From: Calditrichota bacterium
Lineage (GTDB): Bacteria; Zhuqueibacterota; Zhuqueibacteria; Zhuqueibacterales; Geothermadaptataceae
Reading direction: 5' to 3'
Assembly (NCBI GenBank): GCA_008501765.1
Contig: QQUE01000002.1
Location: forward strand, 90,520 to 154,519
DNA length: 64,000 bases
Shown: in pieces, positions 43,212 through 52,942 of the stretch
Layout: the number at the start of each line of letters is the position of its first letter
How positions within the stretch are numbered: the first letter of the stretch is position 1
Translations under genes and position numbers: made by a program
Notes under the pieces: model-generated
Told to the model about the DNA's origin: nothing
Database searches by the model: none
Seen by the model: only the letters and a program-made list of their open reading frames with translations

Positions 43212-44126
43212 TCAAGTTTTGGCTAAAAGTTGCATAATTTCATGGCGTGTTGGCGCTGACGGCTGCGCGCCCGGGCGTGTTACGGATAGAGCTGCTGCTG
43301 CGCTCGCAAAACGGACCGCTTCAAGCAATCCCCGGCCCTCGAGCAACGCTACTGCGAGTGTGCCATTGAAAACATCGCCGGCTGCTGTTGAGTCAACGGA
43401 ATTCACCTGAAATGCCGGCACCAGGCTTTTAAACTCTGTAGACGAAACGTAGGCACCGGTCGCCCCCATTGTAATAATGACGTTTTCCACACCCTGCTTG
43501 TGTAAATAGTTGGCGGCACGCATGGCACTTTCTGCATCCACGACGGGTATTCCTGTTAGCTGCTGTGCTTCGGATTCATTGGGTGTTATGAATGAAATTT
43601 GATTTAATAATTTTTCACTTAAAGTTTGTGCAGGAGCTGGATTTAAAATAACCGGGACTCCATTTTTCACAGCGATCTCAACGGCCTTTTCAACAGTACG
43701 AAGAGGAGATTCCAATTGCAGAACTAAAACCCCCACATCTGCAATTGCAGCTTCTGCCTGTTGAATATCTGCAGGTCGCAAATTTGCATTTGCGCCTGAT
43801 GCAACCGCAATGCTGTTCTCGCCATTTTCTGCAACGAAAATTTCAGCCACACCCGACGGCAGGTTTTGATCCCGCGCGACGTAGCTGATATCAATTCCCT
43901 CAGCCTCAAATCCGGTAAGTGCCTGGTTGCCGAACAAATCGTTGCCAACGCGTGCAATAAATATGACATCCCCTCCAGCCCGCGCCGCAGCCACTGCCTG
44001 ATTCGCTCCCTTGCCGCCGGCAGCCATCGAAAATTGGCCTCCGAGAATCGTTTCTCCGGGCAGTGGAATACGCGGGACGCGAATAATCATGTCCGTATTT
44101 GAACTGCCCACCACCGTAATTTTCAT
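43212..44126 (-). CDS. rbsK: Ribokinase (PfkB family)
   Basis: MKITVVGSSNTD, GGKGANQAVAAARAG, DSTAAGDVFNG. ATG 44126 is preferred over the TTG at 44150 used by the ORF track. Confidence 0.9.
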   Translation of the reverse strand: MKITVVGSSNTDMIIRVPRIPLPGETILGGQFSMAAGGKGANQAVAAARAGGDVIFIARVGNDLFGNQALTGFEAEGIDISYVARDQNLPSGVAEIFVAENGENSIAVASGANANLRPADIQQAEAAIADVGVLVLQLESPLRTVEKAVEIAVKNGVPVILNPAPAQTLSEKLLNQISFITPNESEAQQLTGIPVVDAESAMRAANYLHKQGVENVIITMGATGAYVSSTEFKSLVPAFQVNSVDSTAAGDVFNGTLAVALLEGRGLLEAVRFASAAAALSVTRPGAQPSAPTRHEIMQLLAKT

Positions 44127-44136
44127 TTTATTTCCA

Positions 44137-45084
44137 TTAATTGCGTCCAAGATTTTGCTTTATCAGCCTTTCCATGACCCGTTCAATAAACACATTTTCA
44201 TTGATTTTTACACCGATTTCTGCGTTTGGTGCGCGTTCTTCATCAACCACAGTAAATCCATCATCTTGCACTGAGACGTGCACACTTTTCGTTTCAAACA
44301 ACTCCGGCCAGAGAACCATGCCAACGGCCACTACATCAAACAAAGCAGGATCCGGTTCCGCATAATCTTCGAATTGCCACAAAGAGTACAAGCTGCTCAA
44401 AGAATTTGTTAACGGCGATTGCCGCATAAGCAATCTTAAGAGTTGGCTCTGATTAAACCTGACAAATGTAGTAATGTCAAGCCCGGCGAAAGTTAACCTG
44501 GCACCACTTGCGACCAACATTTTTGAAGATGCTACATCGACCTGGACATTCCATTCCGCATCCGGTTTTGAACCGCCATCATAGCCCATGTAAAAAGAAC
44601 CAAACATAGAAACAACGCGTTTTGCCAGCTTGAGCACGTCCGGATCTTTTTGCAAAACATCGGCGATATTTGGAACAGGGCCAACGGTGAATAATATAAT
44701 TTCACCCGGGTACTTTTTCAGGTTTTCGATAATAAAATCAGCCGCGCTAATTTTCTGGGGCGATATTTTATTAAATCCATCTGCCCACCGAAATTGATTA
44801 TCATAATCACTCCCCGTTTCGCGACCAACGATAACCGGGATATCGTCGCGGCCGGTTTCATAAAGCAATCGGCAGGCGACCTGGGCGCGTTTCCCGGTAT
44901 CACCATAATCCGTGATAATGCCAAGAATTTCAAATTCAGGGCTGCACAACAGCAGGGCGATTGCGTAAGCATCATCGATGGCACCGCCAATATCACAATC
45001 AAAAATGATTTTTTGCTTGTTTTGCGCGGCCAGGCTGCATGAAAAAAAGAAAATTAAAGCACTAATTTTGGAAATTTTCAGCAT
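44137..45084 (-). CDS. Nucleoside hydrolase (IUNH family) with an N-terminal signal-like segment
   Basis: DCDIGGAIDDAYAIALLL (DxDxxxDD Ca/ribose motif); N-terminus MLKISKISALIFFFSCSLAAQ; AAGGAA RBS. Confidence 0.85.
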   Translation of the reverse strand: MLKISKISALIFFFSCSLAAQNKQKIIFDCDIGGAIDDAYAIALLLCSPEFEILGIITDYGDTGKRAQVACRLLYETGRDDIPVIVGRETGSDYDNQFRWADGFNKISPQKISAADFIIENLKKYPGEIILFTVGPVPNIADVLQKDPDVLKLAKRVVSMFGSFYMGYDGGSKPDAEWNVQVDVASSKMLVASGARLTFAGLDITTFVRFNQSQLLRLLMRQSPLTNSLSSLYSLWQFEDYAEPDPALFDVVAVGMVLWPELFETKSVHVSVQDDGFTVVDEERAPNAEIGVKINENVFIERVMERLIKQNLGRN

Positions 45085-45353
45085 GATTTTCCTTTATTTA
45101 AGGGGTACGATGTGCAAGAATATTATAAATATAAACATTCCAGGTAATGAAATAAATATTATAGTGCTGAATCCGCTTAATCCAAATTAAAGGGATGAAT
45201 TATTTTGTTTATTGCAAATCAAAATTGAACCTTCTATTTTAAACTGAGTCTAATCCATAGCGCTAAATATAGCATTTCGACCTTTCACTTCAATTGAATT
45301 TTCAGCACTTTTGAATAAGATATTCATCAATTAATCGTATCGAGGCAGGGAAT

Positions 45354-48300
45354 ATGTACTTTAAGTCAGCCATGCGGATTCGCAGGAATATAATTGCAAT
45401 TACAGCCATGTTCGCCGTATTATTTTTCTTAAACAAGGGCCTGCAAGCGCAAAAAATTTATATCAACGAATTTCTTGCCTCGAATGTTATTACCAATCCT
45501 GATATTCTTGATTTTGACGATTATTCCGACTGGCTCGAACTTTACAACGATGAAAATTACCCGGTAAATATCGAAGGATATTTCATCACAGATGATTTGA
45601 ATAACCCAACAAAATGGAAAGTACCGGGTGGGACAATCATTCCTGCGCACGGTTTTGTTTTATTTTGGGCGGATGGAATGGACGACCAACCTGGCAACAA
45701 CTATGTGCGCGATGCAGAGCCTTTTGCCAACTATACGACACAATATTACCACTTAAATTTCAGACTCAGCCGCGCCGGCGAATCCATCGGCCTCTTTGAC
45801 CGGGATACCACGCAAGTCGATGCGCTTGAATATAATTTACAGCACACCGATGTCTCCTTTGGCAGAAAACCGGATGGCGGACCGACCTGGTATTTTTTTG
45901 GCGAGCCAACACCCGAAGCCGCCAACACCACACCAGGAACATTAAATACAGAAGTTGCAGAACCGGCTGAATTTATCGATGAAAGCCAATTTTACATTGG
46001 TGGTAAAACTGTAATGCTTTCTGCGCCATCGGTGACAGCAGACATTCATTACACGCTTGACGGTTCACGCCCAACCAGCGCTTCTGATAAATACAGCTTG
46101 CCTTTTTTTATTGGATCAACAAAAGTAGTACGTGCCCGCGTTTTTGATGGTGATAAACTGCCCAGCCGCATAACGACCAAGACTTATTTCATCAATGAAA
46201 ACCCATCAATGGCAACGCTTTCCATCGGTGTTTTTCCCGAGGTCATGTTTGGTGCTGAAAAAGGGATTTACCCAAATTTATTGAAAGACCGCGAAATCCC
46301 CATCAGCGTGGAATTCTTTGAACCGAACAAGGATTTCGGATTTAAAATTGACGCCGGATTAAGACTTTCCGGCCAGGCATCTTTTTATTACCCGCAAAAA
46401 CCGCTTACTTTTTATTTCCGCGATCGCTTTGGCCCGGAAGAAATTAATTATCCCGTTTTCCCAAGCCGTGAACTGGAAAATTTTAAAGCGTTGTATTTAA
46501 GAAACTCCGGCAGCCCGGATAACAGACTTACGCTTTTCCGCGATGCATTGCAGCACAGCATCGTTATCAACAGGATGGATTTGGATTTACAAGCTTACCG
46601 GCCGGCATCGACTTTTATCAATGGAAGATATTGGGGGATATACAATATTCGCGACAAAATTAACGCCGATTATCTTGCTTCATTACATAATGTTGATCCC
46701 AATAATCTGGACCTGCTCGAATATGATTTTAGCCAGGTTCCCGTTGAAATTGAAGGCGATGCTGAGAACTATAACCAACTGTTAGACTTCATTCGCAATA
46801 ACAGCCTCACCATCGCTGCCAATTATAGCTATATTGAATCGCAAATTGACATCAACGAATACCTGAATTACATGATTACCGAGATCTATTGTGACAATAT
46901 CAACTGGCTTGATACCAACGTTAAATGGTGGCGTGAAAGAGCAGAAACCGGCAAATGGCGCTGGATATTCCTGGATTCGGATTGGGGATTTGGTACACCA
47001 TCGGGGGATTTTTCTTCGAATGTCAATAATCCGACGCTTGAAATGGTAGTGGGGATGCGTCAAGATCGTCTGCACAAGCCGGATTGGGCTACATTTTTAT
47101 TTCGTAAATTACTCGAAAATAGCCGATTTAAGACTGAATTCATCCAGCGATTTGCCAGCCATTTGAATACGACATTTGAGAAAAACCGTGTTGTGCAGAT
47201 TACCGACAGCCTGAAAACACAAATCAGCACCGAGATGGTCCGGCACATCGACCGCTGGGATGAATTCACTGGTCCCATTCATGGCAACGGTCCAATTGTA
47301 AACATCGCACAATGGAATAGTCATTCAGCCATATTGCGCGATTTTGCCGCTCGCAGGCAGAATATCCAGACGCAACAAATCGTTGATTTTTTTAATTTAA
47401 GTGGGACGTTGCAGCTACAGCTGAGCACATCTGCTGCGAATACTGGAAAAATAATTATCAATTCAGTTACAATGCCACTAAATAAAGCAGCTACATATTT
47501 CAGAGGTGTCCCAATTGCAATTAAAGCCGTCCCTGCTATCGGGTATCGTTTTGCCAAATGGCAGGGCCCGACAAGCAGCACCAATGATTCCCTATCCCTC
47601 GTTTTAAATGGAGATGCTAATTTAACAGCCGTATTCGAGAAAATGGACGCGAGCTTTTTAGCGGCGAATATCACAACAAATACCCTCCTGAATGTAGCCG
47701 ATTCTCCGTATTTAGCTACAGGAGACGTGACAGTAAATTCCGGCGTAACCTTGACAGTTCAGCCCGGCGTCGAAATCCACATGCCTGAAAATGCGAGCAT
47801 TTATATTAAAGGTAAAGCCGTTATTCGAGGGTCAGCAGACGCACCGATTACCATTAAATCCAATACGCAATCGGGCGTTAACCAATGGGGTGCGCTGTGT
47901 TTTGATAGCGCCAGTGATTCATCGGAAGTATCGTGGGTGCGGATAAAAGGAGCATCAAAAGGGAATGATGCATCCCGTTTTATCGGCGCTATTTCGGCCT
48001 ACAAATCCAGATTATCCCTTGACAATGTTGAAATTCTCGACGCTGCATTTCCAGTATTTGTTCAATATGGCAGCGTATCTGTGCGGAACAGTACCCTGTT
48101 TTCCGATAAGACTTCAGATCTTATTAATGTGAGATATGCGAGTTCAGCTTTGGTTGAAAATTGCGATCTTCGGGGGCACCAATCCTTTGATACGGATGCT
48201 GTCGATTACGATCAAATCGAGTCTGGAATTATTCGAGGAAACCGGATCTATAATTTTGCGGGCACGAACAGCGATGGTATCGACCTCGGTGAAACCTGCA

Positions 48301-50750
48301 AAAATATCTTAATCGAAAATAATTTGATCTACAACTGCACGGATAAAGGAATATCCGTCGGGCAAGCATCCACAGCGATCGTTAAAAACAACGTCATCGT
48401 CAATTGCGGTCAGGGCATTGGCATCAAGGACGAATCTTCCTACGCGCTGATTGACAGAAATACATTTTATGGCAATGTCTATGGCATCGCTGTATTTGAA
48501 AAAAAAATTGGCGAGGGCGGCGGCAATGCAGATGTTGTCAATAGTATTCTTGCACGTTCAACCAAAGCATCTATTTTTGTTGATAAGCTTTCGACTATTG
48601 CAATTTCATATTCTTTATCAGATAGAGAAGAGATGCCTGGCACAGAGAATATTTTAAGCGATCCTCTGTTAACCAATGATTTTCGGCTGAGCCAATCGTC
48701 ACCAGCATTCAACGCGGGGGACCCAGCGACAGAAAATGATCCCGATGGCTCGCGTGCAGATATGGGCGCCCATTTTTACGATGCACGTGAAAACCTGGCT
48801 GTAATAATTAACGAAGTTCATTACAATCCGGCAAATGGGCAAGAATTTGAGTTCATTGAGCTCTACAATAGTTCACCAAATGAAATCAATTTGACCGGCT
48901 ACACGCTTTCAGCGAGCTTCAATTTTGAATTTCCATTAGGCTCTGCAATCGCAGCCGGCGAATATATTGTCATCACCAAAAACCGGGATTTATACCAAAG
49001 CAATAGTTATCAAACTTTTGAGTGGAGCGGTGAAAGCCTGACAGACAGCTGGGCCAACATCACGCTCAAAAATTCTACCGGAGAAGTTGTCGATTTAGTT
49101 AATTATAACCAATTGGTAAATTGGCCTGCCGCAGCAAATGGTGGCGGACCCTCGTTAGAGTTGCGTAATGTCGATTTAGAAAATCTTTATTTTGCTAATT
49201 GGCGTGCCAGTTTTTCGGATGGCGGTAGCCCGGGATTTGCCAACAAAGCACAAAGTATTTCCGGGCTTTTTATCAATGAAATCCTGGCGAGAAACAGTTC
49301 AATTAACAGTGATGAAAATGGCCAATTCGATGATTGGATTGAAATTTATAACAGCAACGATTTTGCTGTCGACTTGGCTGGATTGTATGTGACAGACGAT
49401 TTTGCAGACCTGACCAAGTACCAAATCCCGACATTTGATCCTGAAAAATCGACAATTTTGCCCCACGATTTCAAACTGCTTTGGGCAGATAATAATCCCG
49501 AGCAGGGGATTTTACACCTCGACCTGCAACTTAATGGGCTTGGCGAGCAACTCGCTTTAACACAAGTCATCGATAGTACAGCACACATTATCGACCAGAT
49601 TGAATTTGGGCAGCAAACCATCGATGTGTCTATCGGACGTTTGCCCGACGGCAGTGGAAATATCAGAATTCTTAAATATCCAACTCCCGGTGTGTCAAAC
49701 AAAAAATCACGAATTTTAGAGCGGGGTATCCTGCTTGTCAATGGCGTGACCCTGGGGGCGGAGCCTTATGGAGAAGAAATCTTATCAGCTTATATTGATA
49801 ATGCTTTTTCTGGTGATTTCCCAATCACATTCTGGGATTGTTTTGATGAACCCGAATCGGGATATCCGAGTTACATGCAGCAGCCAATCGGCCACGGCGC
49901 TGTTCCGAGCGATATTCTCTTTCAATATTCCACGGTTATTTGGGTAGGAAATAATTTTGGTGGTGATCTCGATTCCTGGCACGATACACCTATTCTTCCC
50001 TATTTGGCACTCGGTGGTAATGTCATCCTTTTAGCCCGAATGGGAGATCAATTTATTACTCCAGATTTAGCAGAATATTTGGGAATCACCTGGAAGGAAA
50101 AATCAAGTCGACCTAATATTTTTGCTATTAATAATTGCACTACGGCGTGGAACGGGCTACAATCCATGACCATCATTGGAGTACAAACCTGGATATCTGT
50201 TTTTAGTCCTACCCTGACGACGAACGAAAGCAAACTTCTGTTCCGTGAAACGGTGTCATTTAGCGGGCATCGGGGTCTCGGGGTTTGGCGAAAACCAAGT
50301 TCAGGCGGCGCCTATAATGCCGATGGCGGCCAATTTGTTTTTATCAGCGGGCGGCCATATCGGTTCAACCACGTCCAGTTGAGAAACAATGTTGAATACA
50401 TGCTGGAAAATTTCTTTAAAGAATCGAAAATCAGCGCTGTGGATGAGGGTGATGATTCGGCAATATTGCAGACATTTTCACTTGAGCAAAACTATCCAAA
50501 TCCATTTAATCCCAAAACCATCATTCAGTTCAATCTGCCAAATCCTGCTGAGGTAACGCTGAGAATATACAACATAAAAGGAGCCTTGGTTCGTACTTTA
50601 ATTCGAGGGAAAAAACAAGCTGCGGGTCAATATAATTCAGTCTGGGATGGCAAAAATGAGAAGGGAATATCCGTAAGTTCCGGTGAATATTTTTACAAAT
50701 TGGAAGCTGGAAAATTTACCGATGTTAAAAAAATGGTACTGTTGAAGTAA
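45354..50750 (+). CDS. Giant secreted multidomain protein: LTD - Fn3_assoc-like - CotH kinase-like - InlB-B-like repeat - right-handed beta-helix - LTD - LTD - unknown alpha/beta region - T9SS sorting tail
   Basis: Signal peptide. Three lamin-tail-type units: IYINEFLASN...DWLELYN, IINEVHYNP...FEFIELYN, LFINEILARN...DDWIEIYN. IHYTLDGSRPTSAS. CotH-like LRNSGSPDN...FINGRYWGIYNIRDKIN. PbH1-like repeats NNLIYNCTDKGISVG/NNVIVNCGQGIGI. Tail NYPNPFNPKTIIQF...GEYFYKL...KKMVLLK. Confidence 0.85.
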   Translation: MYFKSAMRIRRNIIAITAMFAVLFFLNKGLQAQKIYINEFLASNVITNPDILDFDDYSDWLELYNDENYPVNIEGYFITDDLNNPTKWKVPGGTIIPAHGFVLFWADGMDDQPGNNYVRDAEPFANYTTQYYHLNFRLSRAGESIGLFDRDTTQVDALEYNLQHTDVSFGRKPDGGPTWYFFGEPTPEAANTTPGTLNTEVAEPAEFIDESQFYIGGKTVMLSAPSVTADIHYTLDGSRPTSASDKYSLPFFIGSTKVVRARVFDGDKLPSRITTKTYFINENPSMATLSIGVFPEVMFGAEKGIYPNLLKDREIPISVEFFEPNKDFGFKIDAGLRLSGQASFYYPQKPLTFYFRDRFGPEEINYPVFPSRELENFKALYLRNSGSPDNRLTLFRDALQHSIVINRMDLDLQAYRPASTFINGRYWGIYNIRDKINADYLASLHNVDPNNLDLLEYDFSQVPVEIEGDAENYNQLLDFIRNNSLTIAANYSYIESQIDINEYLNYMITEIYCDNINWLDTNVKWWRERAETGKWRWIFLDSDWGFGTPSGDFSSNVNNPTLEMVVGMRQDRLHKPDWATFLFRKLLENSRFKTEFIQRFASHLNTTFEKNRVVQITDSLKTQISTEMVRHIDRWDEFTGPIHGNGPIVNIAQWNSHSAILRDFAARRQNIQTQQIVDFFNLSGTLQLQLSTSAANTGKIIINSVTMPLNKAATYFRGVPIAIKAVPAIGYRFAKWQGPTSSTNDSLSLVLNGDANLTAVFEKMDASFLAANITTNTLLNVADSPYLATGDVTVNSGVTLTVQPGVEIHMPENASIYIKGKAVIRGSADAPITIKSNTQSGVNQWGALCFDSASDSSEVSWVRIKGASKGNDASRFIGAISAYKSRLSLDNVEILDAAFPVFVQYGSVSVRNSTLFSDKTSDLINVRYASSALVENCDLRGHQSFDTDAVDYDQIESGIIRGNRIYNFAGTNSDGIDLGETCKNILIENNLIYNCTDKGISVGQASTAIVKNNVIVNCGQGIGIKDESSYALIDRNTFYGNVYGIAVFEKKIGEGGGNADVVNSILARSTKASIFVDKLSTIAISYSLSDREEMPGTENILSDPLLTNDFRLSQSSPAFNAGDPATENDPDGSRADMGAHFYDARENLAVIINEVHYNPANGQEFEFIELYNSSPNEINLTGYTLSASFNFEFPLGSAIAAGEYIVITKNRDLYQSNSYQTFEWSGESLTDSWANITLKNSTGEVVDLVNYNQLVNWPAAANGGGPSLELRNVDLENLYFANWRASFSDGGSPGFANKAQSISGLFINEILARNSSINSDENGQFDDWIEIYNSNDFAVDLAGLYVTDDFADLTKYQIPTFDPEKSTILPHDFKLLWADNNPEQGILHLDLQLNGLGEQLALTQVIDSTAHIIDQIEFGQQTIDVSIGRLPDGSGNIRILKYPTPGVSNKKSRILERGILLVNGVTLGAEPYGEEILSAYIDNAFSGDFPITFWDCFDEPESGYPSYMQQPIGHGAVPSDILFQYSTVIWVGNNFGGDLDSWHDTPILPYLALGGNVILLARMGDQFITPDLAEYLGITWKEKSSRPNIFAINNCTTAWNGLQSMTIIGVQTWISVFSPTLTTNESKLLFRETVSFSGHRGLGVWRKPSSGGAYNADGGQFVFISGRPYRFNHVQLRNNVEYMLENFFKESKISAVDEGDDSAILQTFSLEQNYPNPFNPKTIIQFNLPNPAEVTLRIYNIKGALVRTLIRGKKQAAGQYNSVWDGKNEKGISVSSGEYFYKLEAGKFTDVKKMVLLK

Positions 50751-50756
50751 CACTTT

Positions 50757-50782
50757 GGGGGTGAATTCTCACCCCCTTTTTT
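50757..50782 (+). terminator. Rho-independent terminator
   Basis: GGGGGTGA-ATTC-TCACCCCC followed by TTTTTT. Confidence 0.85.
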
Positions 50783-50868
50783 GAAAAAATTCTGGGCAGG
50801 CATTTCACCAGGCAAAGCCAAATTTAAACAAATCGATATCGATTGCAGCACTTAAAAAAGTGAGTTTA

Positions 50869-51489
50869 CTATAAATGCTCACGAATCAAGGCGACAACTT
50901 TACCCTGAATTGACCAATCATAGGAAAGTGGAATATTGTTATAGCGCGGATTTTCCGGCTTAAGAAACTTGTCAACACCGCGGGAAATAAAACGTTTCAC
51001 AGTTGCGTCTTCCTGGTTCAAAGCAACAACGATATCGCCATGGTCAGCATGATTTGTCGAGCGGACGATGACAAGATCATCTTCCATAATCCCGGCATCA
51101 ACCATGCTGTCTCCCTGTACACGTAGAGCGTAATATGTGCCCGGATTATTTGTGAGGTAATCGGGTACTGAAATATAGCGCTCCACATTCTGCTCGGCCA
51201 AAATTGGGGAACCGGCAGCCACCTGCCCGACGACTGCAATTTGTGTACTTCCATCCTGCGTGTCCATCATTCCCAGGCTATCGAGAATTGTAATTCCACG
51301 AGCCCCTCCAGCAGAACGTTTGATGTAACCTTTTTTCTCCAGCGCTTCCAGGTGTTTGAAAATTGCATTTTTTGATTTTACGCCCAAATCATCGGCCAAT
51401 TCTTGCATTGTTGGCGGATACCCAATACTTTTTACATTATCCGCAATCTTGCTGAGAATCGTTTTTTGTTTTTCGGTGAGTTTTTTCAT
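50869..51489 (-). CDS. lexA: LexA repressor
   Basis: N-terminal wHTH (GYPPTMQELADDLGVKSKNAIFKHLEALEKKGYI), cleavage site VAAG, GDSM serine and VKRF lysine. Confidence 0.95.
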   Translation of the reverse strand: MKKLTEKQKTILSKIADNVKSIGYPPTMQELADDLGVKSKNAIFKHLEALEKKGYIKRSAGGARGITILDSLGMMDTQDGSTQIAVVGQVAAGSPILAEQNVERYISVPDYLTNNPGTYYALRVQGDSMVDAGIMEDDLVIVRSTNHADHGDIVVALNQEDATVKRFISRGVDKFLKPENPRYNNIPLSYDWSIQGKVVALIREHL

Positions 51490-51537
51490 TTTTATCTCCG
51501 AAATATTCTGAAACGTGCAAACAACAATGTGATTTTT

Positions 51538-51568
51538 TGTTCACCAACAAAATAACGTATGGTGAACA
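51538..51568. promoter_or_regulatory. Candidate LexA operator (inverted repeat upstream of lexA)
   Basis: TGTTCACC (51538-45) - N15 - GGTGAACA (51561-68), 49-79 nt upstream of the lexA ATG. It contains TGTTC/GAACA half-sites. Confidence 0.4.
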
Positions 51569-51703
51569 CAATGTCAAGATATTTTTTAATCAGCGCTAAA
51601 TAGCGATATTTGAATCATAATGCAGCATTGAGACCGGGAAAACTTTATCCTATCCCACAATCTATTTGAATTTATTTCTATGCCTGCCGATCTGAAATAG
51701 TGT

Positions 51704-51732
51704 TTGACAATGTTTTTTCATTTTAGTACTTT
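51704..51732 (+). promoter_or_regulatory. Candidate sigma-70-type promoter
   Basis: TTGACA - 17 nt - TACTTT, 74 nt upstream of the 51806 start. Confidence 0.35.
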
Positions 51733-51805
51733 ACGGCACTTAATTTTATTGTAAAATCGCTGCCGCGTAGAGAATGTTTTTTTTGTACTTATGATGGAGG
51801 TTTAA

Positions 51806-52294
51806 ATGAAACGCCTCGTGTTTTTTTTAATCTGTTTTTTAATATTCACCTCGCAGCAACTCTCTGCCCAATATAAACCCAGCGAGAAAGATAAAGTTAA
51901 TTTTTCATCATTGCTCATTGATGGCAACAAAAAGGCGGGCGGTTTATCCGGCCTACTCGGAATTGACCCAAATCGACTGCACATGACGCAGAGTTACCAA
52001 ATGAGCTACGGAACCGTCGGTGGCAACAGTTTGTCACAAGGCATATATTTAAACACTTTGCGCTATGATTTTAATATACCGTTAAAGTTGCAGTTGCAAT
52101 GGGGAATGGCACACAACCCGCTGCAATCTTCGGGAGTTCAAAGTGCGCTGCAGAGTGGTTTATTTTTATCCGGCGCCTCTCTGGAATATAAACCCACGGA
52201 CAAAATGAAAATAGAGCTTGGAATTTCCAGCTACCCACGGCACGAATATTATTTAAGCCCTTTTAGCAATCGGCAAAACCGGCTATTCGACTAA
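51806..52294 (+). CDS. Small secreted/outer-membrane hypothetical protein
   Basis: GGAGG RBS; signal peptide MKRLVFFLICFLIFTSQQLSAQ; strand-like repeats. Confidence 0.55.
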   Translation: MKRLVFFLICFLIFTSQQLSAQYKPSEKDKVNFSSLLIDGNKKAGGLSGLLGIDPNRLHMTQSYQMSYGTVGGNSLSQGIYLNTLRYDFNIPLKLQLQWGMAHNPLQSSGVQSALQSGLFLSGASLEYKPTDKMKIELGISSYPRHEYYLSPFSNRQNRLFD

Positions 52295-52327
52295 AACCCG
52301 GCCTGGTTTTTTATTTCGCCAATCTGG

Positions 52328-52912
52328 ATGAACGCGAGAGATTACAGGATTTCCACGGAGGAACATTTGAATAAAAATAAATCGATGGCAAAACGAACTA
52401 CGAACAAAAAAAGCCGCCCACAGACCCGCAATAACGGGAAGAATGGCAAGATGTATGAAACTCTGATGGGGCTTGGTTTGTGGGTCTTAGGTTTATTTAA
52501 CGTCGTTTTGATCGCTTCCTTCGTCATGAAACACATGGGCACCGAAGGCGAACAAATTATCAGCGTTTCCGAGCCTGTTATTACCCGAAATATCGAACAT
52601 GTCATTTCATTTGAGGTCCTAAACGGGTGCGGAGTTTCAGGGGTTGCCGCAAAATTTGCCACGCGTCTGGAAAATGCAGGTTACAAATCAACTGAAGTTG
52701 GGAACTTTGATAATTTCGATATGCCACAAACGATAATCTTTGACCGCAAATCACAAAACCGCTTATACGGATTAAAAGTTGCTGAACTTCTTGGATTACC
52801 GGCGACCTCGGTGGCCTATCAAACCAAGGCTGGCAGTAAAGTGGATGTTTCGGTCATTCTCGGGAAAGATTATCAAAAGGCAGAATTTTTAAGCACCATT
52901 GAAAACCATTAA
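52328..52912 (+). CDS. LytR_C-domain membrane-anchored protein
   Basis: Basic N-terminus, one TM (LGLWVLGLFNVVLIASFVM), then VLNGCGVSGVAAKFATRLENAGY typical of the LytR C-terminal domain. An alternative start is ATG 52385. Confidence 0.7.
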   Translation: MNARDYRISTEEHLNKNKSMAKRTTNKKSRPQTRNNGKNGKMYETLMGLGLWVLGLFNVVLIASFVMKHMGTEGEQIISVSEPVITRNIEHVISFEVLNGCGVSGVAAKFATRLENAGYKSTEVGNFDNFDMPQTIIFDRKSQNRLYGLKVAELLGLPATSVAYQTKAGSKVDVSVILGKDYQKAEFLSTIENH

Positions 52913-52942
52913 CGGGAGTTCTCGCACCAGAAACGCGCTTGC

